Assembly: GCA_963842525.1 (NCBI GenBank)
Contig: CAWJGT010000009.1
Location: 1,824,001 to 1,888,000 of the forward strand
Direction: 5' to 3'
Source of the DNA: an uncultured Holophagales bacterium
GTDB lineage: Bacteria; Acidobacteriota; Thermoanaerobaculia; Multivoradales; UBA5704
Length of the DNA stretch: 64,000 bases
Of the stretch, positions 9,516 to 19,106 are shown piece after piece. The translations under genes were made by a program, and so were the position numbers. How positions within the stretch are numbered: position 1 is the stretch's first letter; the number at the start of each line of letters is the position of its first letter. The notes beneath the pieces are model-generated. The model searched no databases. It was not told where the DNA came from and saw nothing but the letters and a program-made list of their open reading frames with translations.

Positions 9516-11411
9516 GCGCCGGACAGACCTATCAGAACCCGGTCTGGCCCGGGTCGTTCCCCGACCCGTTCGTCCTCAAGTTCCGGGGCGAGTACTGGGC
9601 CTACTGCACCGGCTTCTGGACGGACGGCCGCTGCTTCGGGGTCCTCCACTCGCGCGACCTGGTGCGCTGGGAGCCCCGGGCCGGCGCCCTGGAGACCCTT
9701 CCCGGCGGACATCCTTGCTACTGGGCTCCGGAAGTCACCTACGACAACGGCCGCTTCTACCTTTATTACAGTGTCGGCAACGAAGAGCGCATGGAGATCA
9801 GGGTGGCGGTGGCGGACCGGCCGGAAGGGCCGTTCGTCGACAGCGGCCGGCGGCTGACCTCCGAGCCCTTCGCCATCGACGCCCACGTCTTCGCCGCGCC
9901 GGACGGCTCGCGCTGGCTGTTCTATGCCACGGACTTCCTGGAGCACAGCCACATCGGCACCGGCACGGTGCGCGACCGGATGCTCGACCCATACACCCTG
10001 GCCGGCGTTCCGCAGCCGGTCTCCCTGCCGCGCCACGACTGGCACGTCTATCACCCGAACCGGCCGGAGAAGGGGGGAGTGCGCTGGCACACCGTCGAGG
10101 GCCCCTTCGTCCTGGAGCGCAAGGGGCTCCTCTACCAGATGTTCAGCGGCGGCAACTGGCAGAACCCGACCTACGGCGTGAGCTATGCCGTGAGCCCCAG
10201 GGTCGACAGCCCGGGCGAGTGGAAGCAGGCGGCCGACGGCGTGCGGGTCCTGCCGGTCCTGCGCACCCTCCGCGGCGGAGAGGCGGAAGTGATCGGACCC
10301 GGCCACAACTCGGTCGTGCGCGGCCCTGACAACCGGGAGCTCTGGTGCATCTACCACCGCTGGTCCGCCGATTCCAGCGCCCGCGTGCTTTCGATCGATC
10401 CGCTCGACTGGGCCGGCGAACGCCTGCTGGTGCTCGGCCCCTCGACAGCCCCGCAGCCCGCGCCTCGTCCTCCGGTCTTCGTGGACTTCTTTGACGAGCC
10501 AGGAGGCCTCGGGCCGGGATGGGAGACGCTGGGCGGGGCATGGTCCTCGGGAAACCACGCAGCCGTCCAGAGCGAGCCCCAGGGGACCGGTGCAGCCAGC
10601 CGGCGGACCAACACGCCGAGCTTCCTCGTCGAGGTCAGCGCGCGGGCGCTGGACCGCTCCAGGGGCAGCTTCGGCCTTGGCCTGCGGGGACGGGGAGGCC
10701 GGTGGCTCCGCCTTCTGGCCTCCGACCTGCCGTTGCCGCCAGGCTTCGATCCCACCGCCTTCCACCTGCTCCGCCTGGAGGTGGACGGTCTACGCCTCCG
10801 CCTCGAGATCGACGGCGGCGCCGCCCGCTGGCAGGGTCGGCTGGAGCAGCCCGCGGACGAGATCGCCCTCCTCGTCGAAAGGACCGCCGCCGAATTCTCC
10901 GGCTTTTCCCTGTCCGCCGGCTGGGAAGACCTGTTCGAACGACGAGACGTCTCCGGCCGATCTGGGCTGGGACACCGGAGGCGCCGAAGCGTGGGTGGGG
11001 GAGGGCCGGCTCTGGCTCGCCTCCGGCGTGATCACCAAGGGTCCGCCCTTCGAAAGCTACGAGGTGCGGATCAACGCACGTCTGCACGAAGGAGACGGCG
11101 GCTACGTCCTGTTCCCGGCCTGGGGCGAGATGGGGCCGGGACCCGCAATCGAGCTTGTCCTTGCAGACAGGGCCTTGGATGTCGGAGAAGCTGGAGAGGA
11201 GCGCCAATTCCTCCTGCCCTCCGGCTTCGATCCGCGGACCGACCAGCATCTCCGCTTCCGCAAGCACGGCGGTAAGCTGGAGATCTCCTGGGAAGGCACC
11301 ATCCTGGGCACCGTCGCCGCTCCGACCCACCCCACCCGGCTGGCGCTGGGAGCCCGGGGAGGCCGGGTCTCCTTCGAGGCGGTGCGGGTCACGGCCCTGA
11401 TCGACGCTTGA
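9512..11411 (+). CDS. Glycoside hydrolase family 43 with C-terminal beta-sandwich domains; frameshift near 10938
   Basis: YQNPV..FPDPFV, WAPEV, AIDAHVF, VEGPF, GPGHNS; GTG start overlaps GH1 stop. Confidence 0.85.
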
Positions 11412-11418
11412 AGGCCTG

Positions 11419-11639
11419 AGAGGGTGTCTGGAAAACTCTGCTGGGGGCGTCGCCTTGGCCCCTCACCCCCAGCCCCTCTCCCATCCGCACTCCCTTCCCC
11501 CGGGAGGGGGGAGAAATGCATGATCAGGAAGCTCCTGGGTGGGGGCTCCCCTCTCCCGGGCGGGTGTGAGTGCGGATGGGAGAGGGGTCGGGGGTGAGGG
11601 CCCGCGGCGGGACTCGCGCAGGACTTCCAGACACCCTCT
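11419..11639. repeat. MITE-like palindromic element: family A core inside 15-bp terminal inverted repeats
   Basis: AGAGGGTGTCTGGAA (11419-11433) and TTCCAGACACCCTCT (11625-11639) are exact reverse complements. Confidence 0.75.
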
Positions 11640-11799
11640 GATCTACTACGTCCGAGAGTCCTCGTACGGCGCGCAAATTTCTTTTCCATCCGGCCCAACG
11701 GGCTGGGAGAGCGGAGCCCAGGGCTTCTATGTGGGCCACCGGTGTCAAGCGTCTCGGGGTGGTGGTTCGTCGTTTTCCCTTTCCTGGCCCCCCTCCTGT

Positions 11800-12050
11800 C
11801 ACCGGTTTTCTCGCTTCTTGGTTCTCAGTCCGTCTGGCGCTTGCCCGGAGTGTGCAGGGACCTGGGGAGTCGTCCTTTCCAGCTTCTATCCGTGCTGACC
11901 TCTTTGGGTCAGGACACCAAATGCAGCATGCGCTGTCGAGCGACTCAGGCAAGCTCTCGGAGCGGCCCCATCTGAGAGAACGGTTCGGAAGCCGAACCAA
12001 GCCCTGGGCCGGGCACGCTCCACCAGTCGTTTCTCTCCGAGCTTTTTCCT
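11800..12050 (-). ncRNA. Predicted bridge/seek RNA of the IS110-family element (boundaries approximate)
   Basis: Two internal-loop hairpins whose loop segments match the target flank (CCCAGGGCT, CTCAG) and the IS end (ATAGAAG). Confidence 0.65.
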
Positions 12051-12056
12051 CCCAGA

Positions 12057-12580
12057 TTACTTCGTCTTCAGCTCAGCACCCTCAGGAATCACACCGTAGT
12101 CCAGATAGCGCCACAGCGCGATCAGCAGCTTGCGGGCGAGGGCCACGATCCCCACCCGCCGAGATCGGCGGCTCCCAGGACCATAACGCTCCTGAAACCA
12201 CAAGCTCAGGCGACTCTGCGGTTGGAAGCGCAACCAGCCCCAAGCGATCTCGATCGCCATCGCCCGGACCCGACGATTCCCCGCCTTGCTGATCCCTTGT
12301 TCGTGGTTGACCGTGTCACCGCTCTGATAAGGCATCGGCGTCAGACCCGCCAAACCGGCCACCTCACGGCGGTTGCGGAACTGCCGCCAGCCGAAGAACT
12401 CCACCACGAACAGCCAACCACTGTTGCCTCCGATCCCCTTGAGCTCTTGCAGCCGCTGCACCTTCTCCGTCGCTTCCACGCTGGCCGTCCGGCGAAACCG
12501 CTCGAGCTCGGCAATCTGACTCTCCAGCACAGCCAGACGCTCGCCCTCTCGCCTCAAACGCTCTCTCCGCTCCGATTCGA
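12057..12580 (-). pseudogene. IS110-family transposase, C-terminal domain only
   Basis: LKGIG, FRNRREVAGLAGLTPMPYQSG, GISKAGNRRVR, IVALARKLLIALWR; no N-terminal DEDD RuvC-like domain upstream. Confidence 0.88.
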
Positions 12581-12769
12581 ACCTGCCCCGCCCGCGAACC
12601 GCCTCACCAAGGCCGAAATTTGCGCCGAAAGCTCCGAGCTGGCAGCTTCTACGAGTGCGGCTTGGAATATCCGCGCCGGATTCCGCCGCGCTCCGCTTGG
12701 AAGCTCCTGCACACCTGTCGAGAGCGGCCGGACCACTGCCCCTTCGGACGCCGCAACCAGCGCGGCCTG

Positions 12770-13007
12770 CATCACTACGGCGGCGGCCTGCATCACTCGC
12801 ACCCTGGCCTGCGACACTGCTCGGGTGAAGCGAATCATTCCGAAGGTGAAGCACATCACTCCTGTTGTGACCTGATACGCTCCAAAGGTGGCAGGAGTGA
12901 TTCGTGTGATGTTCGGAGTGTCTCGCGGATCGGCGTGTGTGATGCGCGATCCGGCGGGAGTGTTGCGCTTCGAAGGCGAGGTGATGCAGATCACGGCAGG
13001 AGTGATG
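12770..13007. repeat. Inverted pair of 21-bp-period motif arrays (CATCACT x5, AGTGATG x6)
   Basis: Motif starts at 12770, 12791, 12812, 12833, 12854 and, reversed, 12896, 12917, 12938, 12959, 12980, 13001. Confidence 0.7.
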
Positions 13008-13414
13008 TCAGTCGTGATGCACGAGAGCGCGGAGTGTTCGGGTGCATTGCGGCGCAGGATCGCTATGCCCAAGGAGCTGAAGCGCCTGGTGCCGAGACCG
13101 CGCCGTGTGTCCTCCAGGCTCAGCCGTATGCAGCGCGCCGATCTTGTCGTAGGCCGAGGCGACTTGGCCGGTCCTCAGAAGCGGCTCGAAAGTCCTCGCC
13201 AGCGAACAGACTCGACCCGCTGGTGATCCAGGTCCGTCGTGTCATCCTGTGAGCGTAGCGAAGGATCTGGGCGGTGGGAACGGCCCCCACCAGCGTCATG
13301 TGGCACGACCTTTATTTCTCCGTGCGTTGATTCATTTTTTCACCGGTTCAATTCTCCACTGCGCCAATTCCTCACCCGCGGCGGTACCGGGCCGGTGCGC
13401 CGCCCGCCCGTTCC

Positions 13415-13506
13415 ACCGCCCCTGAAGGGGCTCGAAAACGAAATCGGAGCCACCTGATCCCCGGGTTGAAACCCGGGTCTACGTGCCGGCGCCCACAAGG
13501 GGCGCT
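13415..13506. repeat. REP-like hairpin cluster (GCCCCTGAAGGGGC, CCCGGGTTGAAACCCGGG, GCGCCC..GGGCGC)
   Basis: Short perfect hairpins; a related cluster lies at 14636-14726. Confidence 0.65.
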
Positions 13507-14189
13507 CCCCCCGGTCCCCCGGAGCTTTGCGGGCGAGGGCTGGGCGATTGAGGCACCGCAAGCACACGCAGAGCCATATAGCCGAGTAGCAGGCCAATGC
13601 CGAAGATCAGCGTGACTCCGTACGTGCGGGGATGCGAAGCGGGATTCAACAACCGGACCGTGATGTCACCGAAGATTCCCGCCGGATCCGTCAGGACTTC
13701 CCAACTGTTCCAGCGCAGGAACCGTCCGAGATAGATCCCGAATCCGGACAAGAAGAGCGAGCCGGCGGCGACGATCCAGCCTGCCACGCGACCGTGCCGC
13801 TCCTCCACGGCGCCTTGGACTTCGAGGAGAGAGATGTACCCGAGCAGGAGCCCCGTGCCGGCACAGGAGAGCAGGAGAGCGAGGTCATACCACAGCGGGA
13901 CCAGCGGCCGTGGTGCGAGGTGGAGCAGGTCCGTCAGGATGTAAGGTGCGTTCGGGAGGAAGAGAAGCCAGAGGGTGAACCATCCGAGCCGGAGCAGCCT
14001 GGGACCACGGCGCTGACTCGAAGCCCGGAAGGCCTGAGCCGCCAGCCACGGAATCCAGGCGAGAAAGAGATTCCACCACAGGAATACGTAGGAGAGGGAA
14101 CCCGAGCGCTCCACCCGCAGCATGAGGAGAGCGATGCACCAGAGAGTCAGCACACCGGGGATGGTCCATCGCGTGGCATCAGTTCTCAT
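13479..14189 (-). CDS. DUF1361-family membrane protein
   Basis: WNLFLAWIP, WLLFLPNAPYILTDLLHL, GIYLGRFLRWNSW; multiple TM segments. Confidence 0.88.
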   Translation of the reverse strand: MRTDATRWTIPGVLTLWCIALLMLRVERSGSLSYVFLWWNLFLAWIPWLAAQAFRASSQRRGPRLLRLGWFTLWLLFLPNAPYILTDLLHLAPRPLVPLWYDLALLLSCAGTGLLLGYISLLEVQGAVEERHGRVAGWIVAAGSLFLSGFGIYLGRFLRWNSWEVLTDPAGIFGDITVRLLNPASHPRTYGVTLIFGIGLLLGYMALRVLAVPQSPSPRPQSSGGPGGAPLVGAGT

Positions 14190-14331
14190 GATCAGAATAG
14201 ATGCTTCAGGAACGGCGCGCAGAAGGCCGGATTATGGCAAGCCGGTGGGAGATCGTGGCGAAATCGTGGCTTTACTCATCTGATCGACTACCTCCGAGAA
14301 TCCTCGTGCGGCGCGCAGATTTCGTCTCCAT

Positions 14332-14579
14332 CCGGCCCAACGCGCCGGCAGAACGGAGCCCAAGGCATCTGAGGCCGAAGGCCGATGCCCTGGGCAGAGA
14401 GGTGATCAAACCCCGCGGCCTGAAAGGCTCGCGAGAGATTTCTGCCGGAGTCGGCTCAGCGCTCGGTTCAGCCAGAGGTCTCGCGGCCTTTCAGGCCGCC
14501 TGAACGTGGGGCCTGTTGACCCAGGGCATCGGCCTTCGGCCTCAGCCCTGGGCTGGAGTCTCCCGGCCCGTTGGGCCGG
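14332..14579. repeat. About 250-bp long palindromic (REPIN-like) element, family B; intact form of the IS110 target
   Basis: CCGGCCCAACG/CGTTGGGCCGG, TGAGGCCGAAGGCCGATGCCCTGGG/CCCAGGGCATCGGCCTTCGGCCTCA and GCGGCCTGAAAGG/CCTTTCAGGCCGC nested arms. Confidence 0.85.
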
Positions 14580-14635
14580 CCTGGAAGGCTTGGGTTGCGG
14601 GCAAGCGTGAGCCGCTCTGAGAGGGTCTGGAATCA

Positions 14636-14726
14636 GCCCCGCAGGGGCGGTCGGAATTAGCCCGGGATTTCAATCCCGGGAACCGAGCACATTTCAACCC
14701 ACCGGAGCCCCGGCAGGGGCGACAGG
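14636..14726. repeat. REP-like hairpin cluster (GCCCCGCAGGGGC, CCCGGGATTTCAATCCCGGG, GCCCCGGCAGGGGC)
   Basis: Same architecture as 13415-13506 in the opposite orientation. Confidence 0.65.
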
Positions 14727-14784
14727 AATTCACGTGGCGAGGCTCATTCCGTCCGGATCTGCGGGGCTCGATTTTAAACTGTGA

Positions 14785-15036
14785 TCATGGCGTCGTCAGG
14801 ACATGATAGCCCAGGAGGGCGGCGAAGACCAGGAAGAGGATGCCTGGGTAGACGAAGAGGTGTGCCCGCTCGTGCGAGGGGATCTGGAGCTTGCGAAGAC
14901 CGAATGCGGGAAAAGCGAAGTAGATGGCGGCGATCTGCGCCAGCTCGGCGAGGGTGTAGGTGGCTGGCGATCGGAGGATGGTCACTTCCGCTTGCATCGT
15001 CATGATGATAGCAGCTTCACGCCCCTCGCGTTCCAT
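14785..15036 (-). CDS. Small hypothetical membrane protein
   Basis: GGAGGG SD before ATG; two hydrophobic segments. Confidence 0.45.
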   Translation of the reverse strand: MEREGREAAIIMTMQAEVTILRSPATYTLAELAQIAAIYFAFPAFGLRKLQIPSHERAHLFVYPGILFLVFAALLGYHVLTTP

Positions 15037-15069
15037 GACACCCTCCTTCTAGCCTCACCCCGACAGACC

Positions 15070-15723
15070 CTAGCGATCCACAAGCCGTGCTTCCTTTGGA
15101 ACCAAGGTCACCCACCCTTCATGGAGATGGAGGATCTCCATGAGCCGCAGGGCGCGTAGCGCGCTGGTCGAAACCGCATTGGTGAGGCAGTCGAAACTAC
15201 CGACAGAGCACGGATAACAGCGGCAACCGCTCGCGCACTCGGATTCGCATACCTTCCCGTTCTGCACAGTGCGTGCATCCTTCATGAGCAATACGGCAAG
15301 GCGGGACATGATGCCCGCCTCGATTGTGTAAGATTCGGCCTCGGCGAGGCTGCTCACCGAGATTAGATCTATGCTGCACGGCGCCGGTCCATGGTCAGGA
15401 CATAGCTCTGAGGGGGCAGGCGCGAGACGCTTTACTTCCCTTCCGTCCGGGCCAGTGACGCGGAAGAAATAGTTTATTATCATCCTATCGTTTGCATCGC
15501 GGCCTGTGAGGAATGAAACACCGAGGACCATCTGGCCATCCGGATTGCGTGTTACGGTGCGCAGTACGTTTCTCATGACCACGTCCGCCTCGGCGACAGC
15601 GGAGCCGAGGCTAAGAGCTGCTTCCTTCTCTGTAGAGTCTTCTCGAGCCGCAGCCGCACTGCTGGCAAGAGGCAGGCCAAGGATTCCTGCAACCAAGAAT
15701 GCCACGAGCATGATGCGTCTCAT
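15070..15723 (-). CDS. Secreted Cys-rich hypothetical protein
   Basis: GAGGAG SD, signal peptide MRRIMLVAFLVAGILGLPLASSA, motif CESECASGCRCYPC; lower GC. Confidence 0.65.
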   Translation of the reverse strand: MRRIMLVAFLVAGILGLPLASSAAAAREDSTEKEAALSLGSAVAEADVVMRNVLRTVTRNPDGQMVLGVSFLTGRDANDRMIINYFFRVTGPDGREVKRLAPAPSELCPDHGPAPCSIDLISVSSLAEAESYTIEAGIMSRLAVLLMKDARTVQNGKVCESECASGCRCYPCSVGSFDCLTNAVSTSALRALRLMEILHLHEGWVTLVPKEARLVDR

Positions 15724-15866
15724 TGCCTTCTCCTCTTTGTGGAAAGTTAACATCCCTCATTTGGGCCAGGCGAGCGCGTACGGTGCCGAGCTCCTCGAAC
15801 GCTGCGCGGCAGCTCTGCCAGTGACGACCTGATGAGATACTACACCAAGCACCCTACCGAAGTGGC

Positions 15867-16409
15867 TCACGTTCCCTGGTAGACTACACGTCCCATGAAG
15901 CGTCCGCGGCAGAGATCGTCGACCCGTTTGAGGAGGGTCGGAATGCGGTAGGGCCCGTGCATCTCGGCAATGTGGTGAGCGGCCTCGGAGAGGTCCATTC
16001 CGGCAGCGGTGATGTAGAGAGGAGAGCGGCTGGCCCCACGCAGGAGCTCCTGCACGGCGGTGGCCCCGGCGTAGCGCGTCTTGGCCACGCCGATGACCGC
16101 CGCCTTCTCGTCCAGCGTCCGGTAGAGATGCGCACCGAGGCCAGGCCGTTGCTCGTCTCCCAGCCAGACGTAGCCGTCGACCACGATGATGTCTGCCGGA
16201 GGCCCCTTCTCCAGCACCGCGAGCAGGCACGGCAGCTCTCGAAGATAGAACTGCCCGGATTGATAAGGCGCGACCCGCTCGATGGGCACGACGGCCTCGG
16301 CTGCGCTGGTGCTGTCAGACCACTGGCGGAACCAAAGACCGGCAGCGACCGCGCCAGGCTCCTGGTAGTGGACGTCGAGACAGATAATCACGTGAGATTC
16401 ATTGCACAA
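15867..16409 (-). CDS. nfi: Endonuclease V family protein (short form)
   Basis: CLDVHY, PYQSGQFYLRELP, VVDGY, IGVAK, GPYRIPTLLKRVD. Confidence 0.88.
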   Translation of the reverse strand: MCNESHVIICLDVHYQEPGAVAAGLWFRQWSDSTSAAEAVVPIERVAPYQSGQFYLRELPCLLAVLEKGPPADIIVVDGYVWLGDEQRPGLGAHLYRTLDEKAAVIGVAKTRYAGATAVQELLRGASRSPLYITAAGMDLSEAAHHIAEMHGPYRIPTLLKRVDDLCRGRFMGRVVYQGT

Positions 16410-16493
16410 AGCACAGATGTGAGCGAGGTCTCAAGGATGCGAGCCGGGTGGAACGTTGTCAAGAGGCCCTTTTGGGCTATCCTTCAATGCGCG

Positions 16494-19056
16494 ATGAGAC
16501 GGCTCGGTTGGAGGCTTCTCTTGGCCGTAGCTCTAGCGGGCGCTACGTCCGTTGACGCTGCGACGGCGGACGTGCAGGCGGCCGCGAGCTACGAAGGCCG
16601 TCCCTTGGCCGAGGTGCTCCAGTCCCTGCAAAGGCAAGGACTGACGATCGTCTTCACCAGCCAGCTTGTGCGACCGGACATGACGGTCGCCGCCGAGCCC
16701 GCCGCCCGCGAGCCGCGGCAGCTCCTGGAAGAGGTCCTGGCGCCGCACGGGCTGGGAGTCGAGGCCGGGCCCGAGGGCATCCTGGTGGTCGTTGCGAAAG
16801 CGGCGGCCGGCGACATTGGCAAGGCCTCGATCGAGGGGAGGGTGTTCGCTCGCGAAGGCCGCCGGGGCTTGGCGGGTGCCGTCGTCCGAGTGGTCGAACG
16901 CGCGCAAGAGGCTGCGGTCCTCGACGATGGGAGCTTCTCCGTGGCCGCTCTGGACCCCGGAAGCTACACCCTGGAGGTGAGCGCGGCGGGGTACCTGGAG
17001 CAGCGGATCGAGGGGATCTCGGTTGCCGCGGGCGAGGCGCGCCAGGTCGTGTTCTACCTGCGCCTGCAGCCTGTCTTCCACGACGAGATCGTCGTGCAGC
17101 CGAGCCGCCTGTCACTGCTCCAGGAGCCCTCGGACTCGTCTTTGTCCTTCGGCCGGGAGGAGATCGAGAGGCTTCCCCATCTGGGCGGGGACATTTTCCG
17201 CGCGGCCTCCTTGCTGCCCGGCGTGGCGGCCAACGACGTCACCGCCCGACTCAGCGTCCACGGCGGACGTTCCGACGAGGTGAAGATCCTCCTGGACGGA
17301 CAGGAGCTGTACGACGCCTACCACCTCCAGGACTACGACGGCGCGCTGAGCCTGATCCCCGCTCGCGCCCTCGCCAGCGCCAGCCTGACGACGGGAGCCT
17401 ACCCGGTCAGCCACGGCGATCGCATGAGCGGTGTGCTCGACCTGCGGACCACGGATCCGCCGGCCGGACGCCAGCTCGTCCTCGGGCTCAGCGTGCTCGA
17501 CGCGCTGGCATCCGGCTCCGGCAGGCTTGCAGACGACCGCGGGGCCTGGCTCGTCACCATGCGCCGCGGCTCCCTGGACCTCGCCCGGGACGCGATCGGC
17601 GGCGAGCACCCGCAGTTCTGGGATGTCCTCGGCAAGGCCGAGCTGCACGACGGACCTCGGCCTGGTGGGAGCCCGGGTCCTCGCGGCCGGCGATGACCTC
17701 GAGCTGGACAGGATCGACAACGACAGCGTCGAGCGCTTCGAGAACGGCTACCGCAGCACCTATGGATGGCTCACGCACCAGGCGATGCCGGGCCGGCAGC
17801 TTCTCGTCGAGACGGTCGGATCGTGGGCGGAGATCGAGAGGCGGCGCGGAGGGACAGGAGAAGACGAGGAAGGCGAGTTCGAGCTGCGGGACCGGCGCCA
17901 CCTCCAGGTCCTGGCGCTTACCCAGGCCTGGAGCCGGCAGCTCGAGCCCCGGCACGTGCTCATGGCGGGGTGGGAGGCACGGCGCTACGACGCCTTTTTC
18001 GACTACTTCAAGGAGATGGAGCCCGAAATCGTGATTCTCGCACCCTTCGCGCCTCCCCGGTTGATCGAGCACCAGCTCGAGGAATCGTTGCGCGACGAGC
18101 ACGTCGGCCTCTGGGCCAGCGACCTGGTCTCCTGGAGCAACCGATTCACGGCCGAGCTCGGGCTGCGCTACGACCGTCACACCGCCACCCACGACAACCT
18201 TTTGAGTCCCAGAATCAATCTCGCCTGGCGCCGGGGAGAGCGCAGTGTCATCCGCGCAGCCTGGGGGAGGTTTTACCAGAGCCAGCGCCCCTACGAGCTG
18301 CAGGTCGAGGATGGCGAGACCGCCCTCCGGCGGGCGGAGCTTTCAGAGCATCGGGTCCTGGGCTACGAGACCGTCCTGCGGCCCAACCGCCTGGGCTTCG
18401 AGGCCGTTCGCGTCGAGTTGTTCCACCGCGAGATCGACGACCCGAGGCCGCGCTATGAGAGCCTCCTCGAGCCGCTGAACATTTTTCCCGAGATCGAGCC
18501 CGACCGGGCGCGCATCGCTCCCGTGCGGAGCACGGCGGAAGGCCTGGAGCTCCTGGTGCGCGGCAGCCGCGGCGCCCGCTTCGACTGGTGGATCGCCTAT
18601 TCCTACGCCCGGGCCGAGGACCGGCTCGCCGGCGAGGACGTGCCGCGTCCCCTCGACCAGCCGCACACGCTGGCTCTCGACCTCAACGTCCGCCTCCCCA
18701 GGTCGTGGAACCTCAACCTCGCCGGGCGGTATCACACCGGCTGGCCGACCACTCCGGTCGACACCCGCGAAGTCATCGACCCGGAAGACCCGGAGGAGTC
18801 TGAGCTCGTGGCAGTCTTCGGGCCGCTGCGCAGCAAGCGCTTCCCGCCGTATCATCGCCTCGACCTGCGGGCCAGCCGCCGCTGGGACCTGCGCGCGGGG
18901 GCGCTGACGTTCTTCGTCGACATCCAAAACGTTTACAATCGGCACAACCTCGCGGGGTTCGACGCACAACCGGACGAGGACGCCGGTGTCGTGGTTCTCG
19001 AAAAGGAGCGCTGGGCGGGCATCTTCCCCTCCCTTGGTGTGACCTGGGAGCTCTGA
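16494..19056 (+). CDS. TonB-dependent receptor with N-terminal STN-like and carboxypeptidase-regulatory-like domains; frameshift near 17646
   Basis: Signal peptide, plug motifs LPGV..GG..DEVKILLDG and GDRMSGVLDL, LGLRYD, SPRINL, YHRLDLR, IQNVYNRHN, C-terminal GVTWEL. Confidence 0.88.
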
Positions 19057-19106
19057 GCCGAGCGAAGGTGCCAGCTCTCGGCGCCGTCGCAAAGCGAGCG
19101 ACCAGG

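Larger units (their letters stand above)
11724..12580 (-). mobile_element. IS110/IS1111-family insertion sequence, 5'-truncated (right end and non-coding end retained)
   Basis: Transposase C-terminus followed by about 330 bp of structured non-coding DNA ending TTGACA..CACATAGAAG; it interrupts a host palindrome at CCCAGGGCT. Confidence 0.85.

Noticed and set aside
12770-13007. CRISPR array
   Set aside because: The repeat unit is 7 bp with 14-bp spacers, the orientation flips midway and no cas genes are present
12580-13252. ORFs 12554-13072, 12620-13252 and 12888-13226 as genes
   Set aside because: No codon bias or family motif; they overlap the phased repeat and the broken IS boundary
13241-13270. 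GTCATCCTG..AGCGAAGGATCT segment (and a counterpart near 43285-43332) as an ncRNA
   Set aside because: Looks like a degenerate half of another REP-like repeat family; no support for an RNA gene
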